DNA from: Craspedostauros australis
Taxonomy: Eukaryota
Direction: 5' to 3'
NCBI GenBank assembly: GCA_030167865.1
Contig: JALAGF010003865.1
Coordinates: 1 to 64,000 of the forward strand
Length of the DNA stretch: 64,000 bases
The notes below the pieces were generated by a model that was given only the letters and a program-made list of their open reading frames with translations, ran no database searches and was not told the origin of the DNA. Made by a program: the position numbers and the translations under genes. Of this stretch, positions 1 to 11,197 are shown piece by piece (within the stretch, counting starts at the first letter, position 1; every line of letters starts with the position of its first letter).

Positions 1-506
1 AGCACCACGCACCGTTCCGAGTTGTAGCTCGTAGTTTGCACGTGCCATGTCACCATAATGGATTGTGTCTGGCACAATATAGTAGAATAGAATACATCGA
101 GCAGCAATCTGTTGAGGTTCATTTTCTGGAGAGCATTCGTACTATGTGCGATTAAATCGTGGCGAGAGACGTCAAGAGGGTCATCCATCAATACGTACCA
201 TGAGGAGTGGAGGACGATACCCATCATGCAAATAGTAGAGTTGAGCGAGTCGCTTCGGTGGATCTGTAAAATTGCGAACATCCATCGAAGTCCTCTACTC
301 CAACTCATTTCTGAGTCTCACTATGTGTGGCCAGAGTGGAGTAGCACATGGCACCAACTCCAACTCCATCGAAAAGGAACATCAATCGACGAACTGTTGT
401 AAGTTCGGCGAAATCGATCGCCAAATTGAGCTCGTGCAGGCTCTGTGGCCGAAGGAGGATGAAGCTGAAGGAATGCGAACGGCACAATCTGCGTTCTCTC
501 CCTCCG

Positions 507-524
507 GAGAGAGAGAGAGAGAGA
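507..524 (+). repeat. (GA)n microsatellite
   Basis: Read directly. Confidence 0.9.
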
Positions 525-1557
525 GGTAGCAATGGCAGCACGAACAATTCTCCGCCTCTATCCCTATTCCCGCTTTTGGGCTCTTGGGAGGCACCACCGT
601 CATGTGATAAAGCAAGAATGGATCACAGGCTCTCGTGGTACAGAAGAGAGAGAGTCCATCACCCCTCACACGAGTTGCTAAAATATATTATATCACCCCA
701 TTTTCCGATTCTAAATACATGGCCGGCATCCAGTCGGCATACTCGGAGGCTGAAGCTATCTCTGGCACCATCGACACTACTCCTATGTGCGAGCCAAAAC
801 GATCGAAGGTGCAGATTTGGAGTGGAATCGAGGAGAGATTCTCGTGGACCAACGAAAGGGCGTCGCTCGAACACAACACAAGCCTCCAAGGTTGGAATTA
901 CGTCGATGGATGTTGCCTGGTGGGCTTATTTCTATGTCGGCCACTGAGTGCTTCGTTTCATTCGCACGATCACACATTGTCACTCCCGGAGGCATCGACA
1001 AGTTTCTTTGTCTCCTCTTTTCATTGAACCCGTTTGGTGATCAAATGCCAACGTCGAATAAAAATAGGGCATGCTCGTGAGCTGATACCAAGTGAATCGC
1101 ACCTCATCATGTGCATCACCGTTGTGCGTACATGCTACCCTAGTCTGGCTTGAGGGGTGGCTGTTGTTCATGGTATTCGCACCATAGCCGCAATCTTCAT
1201 TGTGTGGGAGCTTGGCAATTAATACGTGCATACCATGAAAACGGCTCACGCGACAGGCTTGAATGTGGAGAGCGATGCAGTATTCAATGTCGGTGTTATC
1301 AGAGAGGGAGCCTACGAGAAAGATTCTGACTGCAACCACAGCAGATGCATGTCGAGAGACAAGTCCGGTACGAAGTCTACACAAATTGAACAATGAAAGA
1401 GGCTTCGATACAGTATTGATTTATCTAGCTTTTGCTGGAAAGAAACGCGACAGGGGTCCGTCTTTGCTGCTGTTGCTCGGGAATGGCAAGTGCGGGTACG
1501 ACAATTTAATCTGCAGCACTGTAGCATACTCCACCAATATTCAATGCACCATTCAGT

Positions 1558-2526
1558 TCAACTCGATGCTGATTGGAGCAATGGATGAGACATGTTCCAT
1601 TTGCAGTACTCGTAGAAGTGTTCCGTCAGCCATGTGACACACACTTCGTAGAGAGCGAATTCTGGCTGCGTTTGTTCAAATTGCAGCTTCAGACCATCCA
1701 GCAATTTCTGTTCGTCGAGGTTCACCAACGTTTCGACTGGCTTGTCCGCCTTTGCCTGGAAGGCAGCATCGGACGCGTAATGGAATTCCAACGAGACAGA
1801 TGGAATGCTATCGTCCTCCTGCTGTCGTGATGGATAAAACGGTGGTAACGTGATGCGGAGCATGACGACCGAGACGAGCTGTTGCAATCCAACTGCGCCA
1901 TCACCGGCGGGGAAGGTTGACGAGAAGTTCGTTTCCTCATCTTCGATATCCATCATGATGAGCATGGAGGTAGCGGGATGCCCGACCGCCTTTGTGCGTG
2001 CCGTCACAGCATCTGGGTCCATCGAGTACCCTTCCATGACTTCGCGCAGCTGTGGCAGCTTGGACGCGCCACACACCCGGTACTGGTCGGTATCGGCAAA
2101 GATCGCCTCAAGCGCATCCAGCTCCATGAGCTGCATCTCCCTGTTTTCCAGCACGCTATCCCAGTCATCCTTGTCGCACCGAAAGGTGGGCAGCTTGCCT
2201 TTCGTCGCAAGCGCCTCCGCCAGCTTCTTCCGCCGTTCCTTGGCCTGCTCGTGAGGATACACATCCGGGATCGTCATCAGCTTTTGCCGTTCCAGGGACT
2301 TCTTCTCTGCCATCGCCTGGAGCTTCTCCAGCTGCCGCTGTTCCTGCTTGCGCTGCGAACGTTCGCGGTTGCGGTCCTCGTCAGACGTGGTGTTCTTGGC
2401 AATGATCTTCTCGACGTGGTTGAGCTTCTTCGGCTTTTCGCCCTTCTTCTTGGCCATGCCGGTGTCACCCGACTTGCCCTTGGCCTCGGCCCAAGTCATG
2501 TGGGTGCATGATTTGCGTGCGGCCAT
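1558..2526 (-). CDS. RWD-domain protein with basic/coiled-coil N-terminus
   Basis: 322-aa ATG ORF. EMQLMELDALEAIF matches the RWD first helix and LRITLPPFYP matches the RWD LPxxYP motif. Confidence 0.7.
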   Translation of the reverse strand: MAARKSCTHMTWAEAKGKSGDTGMAKKKGEKPKKLNHVEKIIAKNTTSDEDRNRERSQRKQEQRQLEKLQAMAEKKSLERQKLMTIPDVYPHEQAKERRKKLAEALATKGKLPTFRCDKDDWDSVLENREMQLMELDALEAIFADTDQYRVCGASKLPQLREVMEGYSMDPDAVTARTKAVGHPATSMLIMMDIEDEETNFSSTFPAGDGAVGLQQLVSVVMLRITLPPFYPSRQQEDDSIPSVSLEFHYASDAAFQAKADKPVETLVNLDEQKLLDGLKLQFEQTQPEFALYEVCVTWLTEHFYEYCKWNMSHPLLQSASS

Positions 2527-3051
2527 CGTGGATGATGCTGTTCTCCTGCTGTGAATGTGCTTTGCTGCAGCAGAGCAGATCAGTATTACACGAGTATAGT
2601 AGCTGGAGAGGGAGGAGAATGCGTGTGCAACTTGGATGTTGTGCAGAGTGTCGCAGAGTGTTGCAGAGTGTTCTGGGTTGGAAGTATGTTCGTTGAGCGG
2701 ATGGAGGGTGGCGCCACATCATCATCTCATGTCGAACCCTCATCTTGCTTGCTCAACATTCATTCATGAAATGGCGGGATTGATACGATCATATCCTTGT
2801 TTTGGTCTTTGGGGACGCTGCTATCACCAAGGTGTCGCTCGCACATAGAGCAGACGCAACCCAAACACCAACTCATCGAGCATCAAGGATACGAGCACGA
2901 CAAAGGGTATTGCCCAGTGTAGGACATTACAGTTCAAGTTTATAAATCCCATCTACGGATATTCAAGGGGTTAATGACGGGCTCAGTTCATCTGCGTCGA
3001 GTCCATCCCATCCTGGTATAATACATTTCATCCAGATCCATTCCAGGACGC

Positions 3052-4041
3052 TCAGCTGACTTCCACCCACGACCGCTTCTCAGTTTCGTCCTTCTTGTGG
3101 TCCGGGATAGCGCCCAAGTAGCTGCATTCCTCTTCGTTCATGATACTGTACGGGACGAAGTCGGAGCCGTCTTCCGAGGGCGCCTTGACGAGACATCCGT
3201 GAGGATTCTTTCCTTCGTCCATGCTACCGACCAAGGCACCTCGGTTGAGCAGCCAGTTGCGGTAAGACAGGAAGCGGGCCCAGTTGAGAAGGAAAGCTAA
3301 AGGTAGGGAGAGGAGGACGACGACGAGGTAGACCTTGAGTCCCTTGGAGAAGTCGTCTCCACGATCGGCGATCACGTGCATCTGGTGCAGGATGTACAGT
3401 GGGGCCACCAGGGTGAAGAACACCCAGAAGATGGCTACCCACGAGATGAACGAGTTCTTGGTGTCCCGATCTCTGGTGGCGCTGAGGAGGTCGATCTCGA
3501 TGTCCATCTTGGATTGTCCCGACAGAGGCCGGCCGGGCAGGGTGAGGATGGTCGTCTTCTCGCGGGTGTAGCCTTGGTAGACTCGCACGCGTTTGCGCAC
3601 GGCGGTGCCGTCCTTGTGATCGGGATGTGGGTAGAGGGCGTAGCCGTAGTCGTTGAACCGTCCGCACATCCGCGAGGTGCGATCGAAGACGATGTCGCCG
3701 ACGCATTCCTGGCCTTCGTTGAGGTACCGGCCGATGAGATGGCGGCGTTTGGGCACGAAGAAGATCATGTAGACGCAGAAGAAGGTCCAGCACAGGAAGA
3801 TGCACAGGAAGACCGTCAGCATGTCCATGAGGCTGATGAGGTCGCCCGTCTCCGCGACGGCATTCTCCCACTGCGCGTCTGTGTAGCCATCGCCCAGGTT
3901 GTATATGGGTTCCTGCGGGCGCTTGTAGGCGGCGTAGAGAAAGTACACCAGGACGGCCAGCAGCGGCAGCGTCGTCAGTAGGAACTGGACCATCGATCCT
4001 CTGTCCACCTTCAGCAAGGTGTTGGGTTTGGTTCCGGTCAT
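3052..4041 (-). CDS. Uncharacterised multi-pass membrane protein (about 4 TM helices)
   Basis: 329-aa ORF with GC3-rich coding bias. Hydrophobic segments: FLLTTLPLLAVLVYFLY, MLTVFLCIFLCWTFFCVYMIFFV, WVAIFWVFFTLVAPLYIL, VYLVVVLLSLPLAFLL. Confidence 0.7.
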   Translation of the reverse strand: MTGTKPNTLLKVDRGSMVQFLLTTLPLLAVLVYFLYAAYKRPQEPIYNLGDGYTDAQWENAVAETGDLISLMDMLTVFLCIFLCWTFFCVYMIFFVPKRRHLIGRYLNEGQECVGDIVFDRTSRMCGRFNDYGYALYPHPDHKDGTAVRKRVRVYQGYTREKTTILTLPGRPLSGQSKMDIEIDLLSATRDRDTKNSFISWVAIFWVFFTLVAPLYILHQMHVIADRGDDFSKGLKVYLVVVLLSLPLAFLLNWARFLSYRNWLLNRGALVGSMDEGKNPHGCLVKAPSEDGSDFVPYSIMNEEECSYLGAIPDHKKDETEKRSWVEVS

Positions 4042-4876
4042 GTTGCAGATGTCTTGGATTTGGATACTCTCAGCGTTGTGCTGTGCTGTGCTGTGCTATG
4101 ATCTGCTATGCTGTGCTCTGCTTTGCTACGTTGTGATGTAATGTGGCGCCTCAATGATGTTGGTTGAGTGACGGGGCGTGCTTACTTGGTGTCTCAATTC
4201 AATCAGCTCTGGCCATCGACAAGCAATCACTTCCTCTTTTGGACTTCCTTGTTTCCTTGTTTATTTGTTTGCTTGCTTGCTTGCTTGCTTCTTCGATTGC
4301 AGTGTATTGATTGCCTCCACAAAGGATGATCGAGGACTCTTCTTGCTCTTGTCTGTGTCTGTGTCTGGTGCTTGGTTGAGTGTTCCGGAGTCGCACTGTC
4401 CTCTTCCGCTGCGGACTCGTCGTCTCGTTGTCACGTTGCCACCAAACAGAAGAAAAAAGGAGAACTTTGGCGATTGGTTGGAGTTGTTTGCCGCCGTGCG
4501 TTGCGTTTATTCTTGTGTCAAACCGATACTTAACGGTCAATTGGTCGCTGAATTGAGAAACACACACAACGAATTCAACGAAAGAGAACGCAAATGAAGT
4601 TCTGAGAAGTCTATCCATATCGAGTATAGAAGGAGCCGAATCGACATCTGCTCTGTGGTATTCCAGCAGAATACTAATAAGTTAGGGTAGAATAGTAGAG
4701 TGAGTCCACGACATCAATGTTTGTTGCACCAATCTCTCGATTAGTCCTGCATTGTCCATGGAGTCTACTTGAATGTGCTCCACATATGACACTCTATTAT
4801 CTTGTTGCCTCTATCTCTATTGTTCTATTGTTATAAAATGTCCCGGTAAGATCGAGATGCGTTCACGTTCACTACT

Positions 4877-6034
4877 CTATGACGAGCTGATGCGTTCCAA
4901 TTCTTGATGCACCAGGCTGTACACAGTGACCGTCACTGCTGCAGATGGCACGCCACGGCTGTAAGCCACCTCCCATCCACGGAATATGGTGGGTATGGCA
5001 TCTCGCCAACCCAAGTGCTGCAGGTGCCGTGCAACACTGGTCATGTTGGGGAAGGAACCGGCCTGGATCCATGTTTTTATGGTGTCAACGGGCAAGGCCC
5101 AAATCCAGAACGAAACACCTGCGAATGCTCCGGATGTGAGGAGGATAGGCAAGCTTGGCTTTGCTTCGTACTTTTGTTTGTCGCAGTCGCTGTTGTCTCG
5201 CATCGTGTCATTTGCAGATGTTCCGCTTGCATGGTGCTGCTGCTGCTGCTGTCGACGTTGCACAAAGTATCGTTGTGACACGGAAATGGCGACGAAGAAG
5301 CAGCCGCATCCCACGGAATCCCGCGCGACGGTGCTCATGGTTCCACGCCACAGACCCAGCACGCCGTCGGTGCGGATTGTCATTCGAATGACGTCCATGA
5401 CATGCATTGCGGGTCTTTTGGCGCTGCGGTGGCTGCCGCTGCTGGTGCCGTGTGTGCTTTGATGCTGAATTAATTGATTGCGCACATATTCGACAGGCGT
5501 GACGAACAGGGCACCGTTGATGCCTCCCGCCACAGATCCGCAGAGGAAGTTGTCCCATTGCGTCAGCTGTATGGCGCGATCCGAATGACCATCTCCCACC
5601 TTCCAAGATCGGATGGCATCGCGCGCTGCTGCGTTGACGCTGAAGATGGTCGCCTTGTAAATGGCTTGAGCTGCCAGCGGCAATGACAAACCGGTGTACA
5701 GAGCTGCAAATCCGCCATTCGACATCGTCGTTCGCACCGCTGTAGATAAGCTCATGTGCTTGCCACCAACACCATGCTGCACAGCAGCTGCCGACTGCAG
5801 CTTGACTCGAAGCACATCGAATGGATGGCACGCAATGGTGGATGCCATTCCAGCCACACTGCCCGCAATCAACGAATTGGCAATTCTCCGGTTGCTCGAC
5901 GTTGCCTGCCTCCGTGCTGTGGACGATGCCGATGATGGCGACGTTGCTAGGAGCATTGGCGTTTGATGTTGCCCCCGTTGTTGACATCGCAGATTGCGAT
6001 CACAGTGACAGTTGTCAGCGCATGGCTCTGTCAT
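4877..6034 (-). CDS. Mitochondrial carrier family (SLC25) protein; start uncertain (ATG 6034 or 5956)
   Basis: Three Px[DE]xx[KR] signatures: PFDVLRVKLQ, PVEYVRNQL, PVDTIKTWIQ. Also LYTGL, GLWRG and IFRGW repeats. Confidence 0.9.
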   Translation of the reverse strand: MTEPCADNCHCDRNLRCQQRGQHQTPMLLATSPSSASSTARRQATSSNRRIANSLIAGSVAGMASTIACHPFDVLRVKLQSAAAVQHGVGGKHMSLSTAVRTTMSNGGFAALYTGLSLPLAAQAIYKATIFSVNAAARDAIRSWKVGDGHSDRAIQLTQWDNFLCGSVAGGINGALFVTPVEYVRNQLIQHQSTHGTSSGSHRSAKRPAMHVMDVIRMTIRTDGVLGLWRGTMSTVARDSVGCGCFFVAISVSQRYFVQRRQQQQQHHASGTSANDTMRDNSDCDKQKYEAKPSLPILLTSGAFAGVSFWIWALPVDTIKTWIQAGSFPNMTSVARHLQHLGWRDAIPTIFRGWEVAYSRGVPSAAVTVTVYSLVHQELERISSS

Positions 6035-6979
6035 GTTGGGGGTGGCGGTGTCGTTGCGATGACACGTGGACGGCACTTGCCCAAAGCCTTGCTCGGATGC
6101 GTCTTGGGGGTTGCGCTGTCTCCCTTCCTTCTTGCTGTCAAACTTGATGCAGCTGCTGGTGTTGGAGGCGCCCCTTTGCTACTACGAGTATGATGGTACG
6201 AATCTTCAGCAAGGATTGTATTCTATTCCATTCCAAGTTGGAACAGGGCACGGGAGATGTATCGTCTTGGTCAAGGGCCCTTTGTGGAACAATGGAAAAT
6301 GTTCACGACATTGTTGTTCCTGTCCTTCCCTTGCCTCTCTTCGAAGAACAATTTGCAATCAGCAAACAAAAAATGACGAGCGCCAAGTCGCGTGCAAAGT
6401 GTCTCATTTGTGGTGTCAAGACCGAATCCGTCTGTCCTTGCATCCGAAGTGATGGAAAACTGACGCACACACATCACAATCAGCCAGAGCGAGACGACAC
6501 GTTTCGATTTGTTGGATTCCGAGGAGGAACGATGGCAGAACATCCTGAACAACCACCGCCACCAACAGTTCCAGCACATCACCATCACCATCACAGCCAC
6601 AACCACACCAACAAAATCGGTGGCAGCGACAACAACGGAAGATCGCAACCTACCGCTACACACGCTGCTGTTTGTTGATTGTTGGCGCCCACAGACATGT
6701 CATAAAATCTATGCTACAAGTGCTCTACGCGTGCGAGTATCCCCTTGAAGGGACACAGTAACCAGAAACCCATCAACTCAACGAAGAGTTCTAGTACACC
6801 TGACGGGGAGATCCTTTCTGGAGACCAGGTTCGTCCATCCTTCCGTCCATTTCGCGAGTCGCAGCCACCAACCTGAAAGCCCTCCCAACAAAAACCCGGC
6901 TCTTGTTGATCCACTGCCGCCGTGCCTGTCGGAGTGTTTGGAATCCTCCATACATTTCCGTCCAAAACCAAACGTTGCA

Positions 6980-9900
6980 ATGAGACAAACACAAGGATCA
7001 CAGGTCGTCGTCCTCTTGGCCACCACCATGCTATTGTTGCAGGGAGGACGTCGACACTTCGTCAAAGGTTTCATCCCTCATGCAACAACAACCAGCAGAC
7101 ATGCCTTGTTGAGACGGAGCGGCCTGGCCACCACGCTCAATGCAAAGGGTACGTGGCTTCTTGCGATCTTTGGTTGCTGCTTGATGGCTGATTGGCAGTA
7201 TGTCCATGTCCATGTTCGAGCATGCATGCCCGTAGCCTGCTGCTATCCCATCTATCCATCGATCAATCTCTCCCCAGCTTCCCACTCTCCCATCGCTGAC
7301 ACCATTGCATCTCCCTATCTTCCAACTAATCGATCAATCAATCAATCAATCAACTGTTCATTCATTTGCTCGATGAAGGCAACGGCCGAGGAGGGAAGAA
7401 GCCGAAGAATCCCTTCGCTCCCACCATCACACTGCCAGAAACAGAATTCTCGCAACGTGCCAATGCCATCAAGCGAGAACCAGAGATCCACGCCTTCTGG
7501 AACGAGTACGGTCTCTATGACAAGCTTTCCAAAACCGCCGAGGAGGCCGGTGCCGATCGCTTCATTCTTCATGACGGTCCACCGTACGCCAATGGTGATC
7601 TGCACACGGGCCATGCCATGAACAAACTGCTCAAGGACTTCATCAACCGCAAGCAGATTCTCAATGGCAAGCAGGTCCACTACATCCCCGGCTGGGATTG
7701 CCACGGCCTGCCCATCGAACTCAAGGTGCTTCAGAAGATGAAATCCAAGGAACGCCAAGGCCTTTCCCCAATCGGTCTGCGTGAGAGGGCCGCTGCCTTT
7801 GCGAAGGAGACCGTCGAGAAGCAATCCAAGAGCTTCCAAAGGTACGGTGTGTACGGAGACTTCGAAAATCCCTACCTCACCCTCCAGCCCGAATTCGAAG
7901 CCGCTCAAATCCGTGTGTTTGGAGAAATGTTCCAGAAGGGACACATCTTCCGCGGGCGCAAGCCAGTGCACTGGTCTCCATCCTCGCGCACGGCGCTTGC
8001 CGAAGCCGAGCTGGAATACCCAGAAGGACACACTTCCAAGAGTATTTACGTCGCTTTCCCTATCGAAGAACCCAGCGAGGCGTTGAAGGAATTGCATGAC
8101 TCAGACAGCCCCGTTAGCGTGGCCATTTGGACGACAACCCCATGGACCATGCCAGGAAACCTGGCTGTTGCTATCAACCCTGATCTGTCATACTCCGTCG
8201 TCACCAGCGAAAAGACTGGGAAGATTGTTGTCGCGACCGATCTCATCGATGCCTTGAAGGTATGTGTTTGCGCTCGATCTTAAGTAATGATGCTGCTCTG
8301 TGATATGCCATCCGATCGTTCATTCTTGTCATCTTCGGCATTCGCCGATGCATTGGGGTGCACACGTCCCAAGCCATCCAGCCAGTCAAGCGTTCGCCCA
8401 CCGATTCACTGAATCACCAATTAACTCACCCGCGCACCCATTATTCTTGTATCATCCATCAATCGATTCATCGATTGCTCGCCACAGGCCAAGTTCGACT
8501 TTGAGGAAGGGCAGGAGTTCGAAATTCTCAAGACACTCCCAGGAGCCGATTTGGTTGGTGCCACCTACAGGCACCCCATGTACGGCAGAACATCTCCAGT
8601 TCTGGCGGGAGGAGACTACATCACCACCGAATCTGGAACTGGACTGGTGCACACAGCACCAGGACACGGTCAGGAGGATTACCAAACGGGACTCAAGAAC
8701 GGTCTGGAGCTTCTCAGCCCTGTCGACGACGCTGGAAAGTTCACCATCGAAGCCGGCGAGAACTTCGTCGGAATGAGTGTCCTCGGTGACGGGAACCAGG
8801 CCGTTATTGACAGCCTCACCGATCTCGGTGCTCTGCTCAAGGTTGAAGACTACGGACACAAGTATCCATACGATTGGCGCACCAAGAAACCAACCATCTT
8901 CCGTGCCACCGACCAGTGGTTCGCCAGCGTGGAAGGATTCAGAGACTCTGCCCTCGAGGCTATTGACACTGTGAGTTCACGTACATCATGTGCATCTGTT
9001 GGGATGGATGGATGTCGACGACAGCATTGACCGCTTGACGATACGATGTGTTGCGTCATGCACGACACGATACATCCCATCCCATCCAATTTCGCTGCAC
9101 ATTTTCTGTTTGCAAATGATGAAGAATTCAATATCCTGAGGGTCTGAATGCAGCATTACACGCTGCCTGATGTTTCAATTTGAAATCGAACTTTTTAACT
9201 CTGATGCAACCAGCAATAGCCTTGAGAAAAATGGCAGTGATACCATCTGTTGCAACAAAACCAACGGGTGGATCGATATACGCATGAGCGATGCCATATG
9301 GAATGCTCAAATCTATGGCCAACACACTCACATGAACACTTTCGCGTGCCTCTGTCTGCGAACTCGCTTGCTACGCGCTTACCGTCCAATCTTGACATTT
9401 AAATCGCACACGCGCACAAACCCGTGGATACGTCATAACAGGTTCAATGGATCCCAGAGGTTGGAAAGAACCGAATCACATCCTTCGTTTCTGGGCGCAA
9501 TGATTGGTGCATCTCCCGCCAGAGATCCTGGGGTGTGCCAATCCCAGTATTTTACGACAAGGAAACCGGAAAAGAAGTCCTGCTCGATGACGACACGCTG
9601 GATCATATCGTCAAGCTTTTCGAGGAACAGGGCAGCGATGCCTGGTGGAAGCTCGACGAGGAGGACCTCCTCCCAGACAAGTACAAGGGTGAGGCCGACA
9701 AGTGGCGCAAGGGAACCGACACCATGGATGTATGGTTCGATTCCGGATCCAGTTGGTCTGGTGTGGCCAGCGCACGCAAGGAGCTGCACTACCCAGCGGA
9801 TCTGTACCTCGAGGGAAGCGACCAGCACCGTGGATGGTTCCAAAGCAGTCTGCTGACCAGTGTCGCTGTCAATGAACAAGCGCCCTACAAGGCCGTCCTG

Positions 9901-11091
9901 ACACACGGCTTTGTCCTCGACGAGAAAGGTTTCAAGATGTCCAAGTCGCTCGGTAATGTCATCGATCCGATGGAGATCATCGAGGGTGGCAACAACAAAA
10001 AGAAGGACCCAGCCTACGGTGCTGACGTCCTCCGACTGTGGGTTGCCTCCGTGGACTACTCCGGAGATGTCGCCGTAGGACCAAACATCATCAAGCAAAC
10101 ATTCGAGGGCTACCGCAAGCTCCGAAACACTGCACGATACATCATTGGCAACCTTGCCGACTTCGAGCCAGCTTCCGCAGCTGGCAGCAACGCCATCGCG
10201 TACGAAGACTTGCCATCGCTCGACAAGTACATGCTTGGCCGTTTCAGCGAAGTCCTGAAGGAGGTTGACGAAGCTATGGACCAATACCAATTCCAGAGAG
10301 CGATCCAGGAATTGCTCCGATTCGCCTCCGCCGATCTTTCGAACTTCTACCTGGACGTTGCCAAGGACCGGCTGTACATTTCGTCGTTGGATGATCCAAG
10401 ACGGCGCAGTTGCCAGACCGTCCTCCAGATGGTGATTGAAGGCTTCGCCAAGGCAGTCTCTCCAATCCTGCCTCACATGGCCGAAGACATCTGGCAGAAT
10501 CTCCCCTTCGAGACATCCGGAAACAGCGTATTCGAAGGCGGATGGCCGAAGCACCTGGCCGAGTTCGACCTTTACGAATCCGAAAAGTGGGAACTCGTTC
10601 GCAACCTTCGAGACGATGTCAACAAGGTTCTGGAGCTTGCCCGCATCGACAAGCTCGTGGGCGCATCACTTGAGGCGTCCGCTTACGTGTACACCAGCGA
10701 CGACAAGGTGAAGGCGATCCTCCAATCGTTGGAGGGTGACGAGAGCCTCATCCATCCACCAGTGAAAACAAATGGTGTCGACGAATTTCGAACAGTCCTC
10801 ATGCTGTCCGGTGTCAAGATCGTCGATGACGTTGCCACCATCGAAGCAGAATGCGATGAGAAGTACATATCGACCACAGACACAGCCAGCGGTTGCACCG
10901 TCGGTGTCGCCAAGGCAAAAGGAAAGAAGTGCGAGAGGTGCTGGTTCTACGACACGCAGATAGGTGAGCAGGATCTTCCACATTCCGATGTCTGCCAACG
11001 TTGCAATGATGCCATCGCTGCGTGGGAAGAAGTCAACAGCGAGAAGTTCGTCAAGGCTGCGCCAGAGGAGCCAGTGGAGACAATGGCTTAA
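6980..11091 (+). CDS. ileS: Isoleucine--tRNA ligase, bacterial/organellar type; exons 6980-7148, 7379-8259, 8488-8970, 9442-11091
   Basis: LHDGPPYANGDLHTGH (HIGH), GWDCHGLPIE, WTTTPWT, GTGLVH, WCISRQR, EGSDQHRGWF, KMSKS, C-terminal CERCW...CQRC zinc finger. All three GT-AG introns are phase-compatible. Exon 1 is a signal peptide followed by VKG|FIP. Confidence 0.95.
9110..9209 (+). ncRNA. Intronic box C/D snoRNA, U36/snR47-like
   Basis: In IleRS intron 3. Stem TTGCA (9110-9114)/TGCAA (9205-9209), box C ATGATGA (9116-9122), box D CTGA (9201-9204). Guide CTTTTTAACT is antisense to conserved 18S AGUUAAAAAG. TATCCTGAGGG before CTGA 9144-9147 is antisense to conserved LSU CCCUCAGGAUA. Confidence 0.8.
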
Positions 11092-11197
11092 GATAGATAT
11101 CAACGGTTTTAACACTCTACACGAAACTAGAATGGAGCGATCTAACTGCATTCGCGTAGGAGTGCATTCCTGCATTTCCCTTGCCAACAGGTCAGTC

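Noticed and set aside
1-1550. Several overlapping short ORFs at the window start
   Set aside because: No recognisable motifs or coding bias. A decayed gene cannot be excluded but is unsupported.
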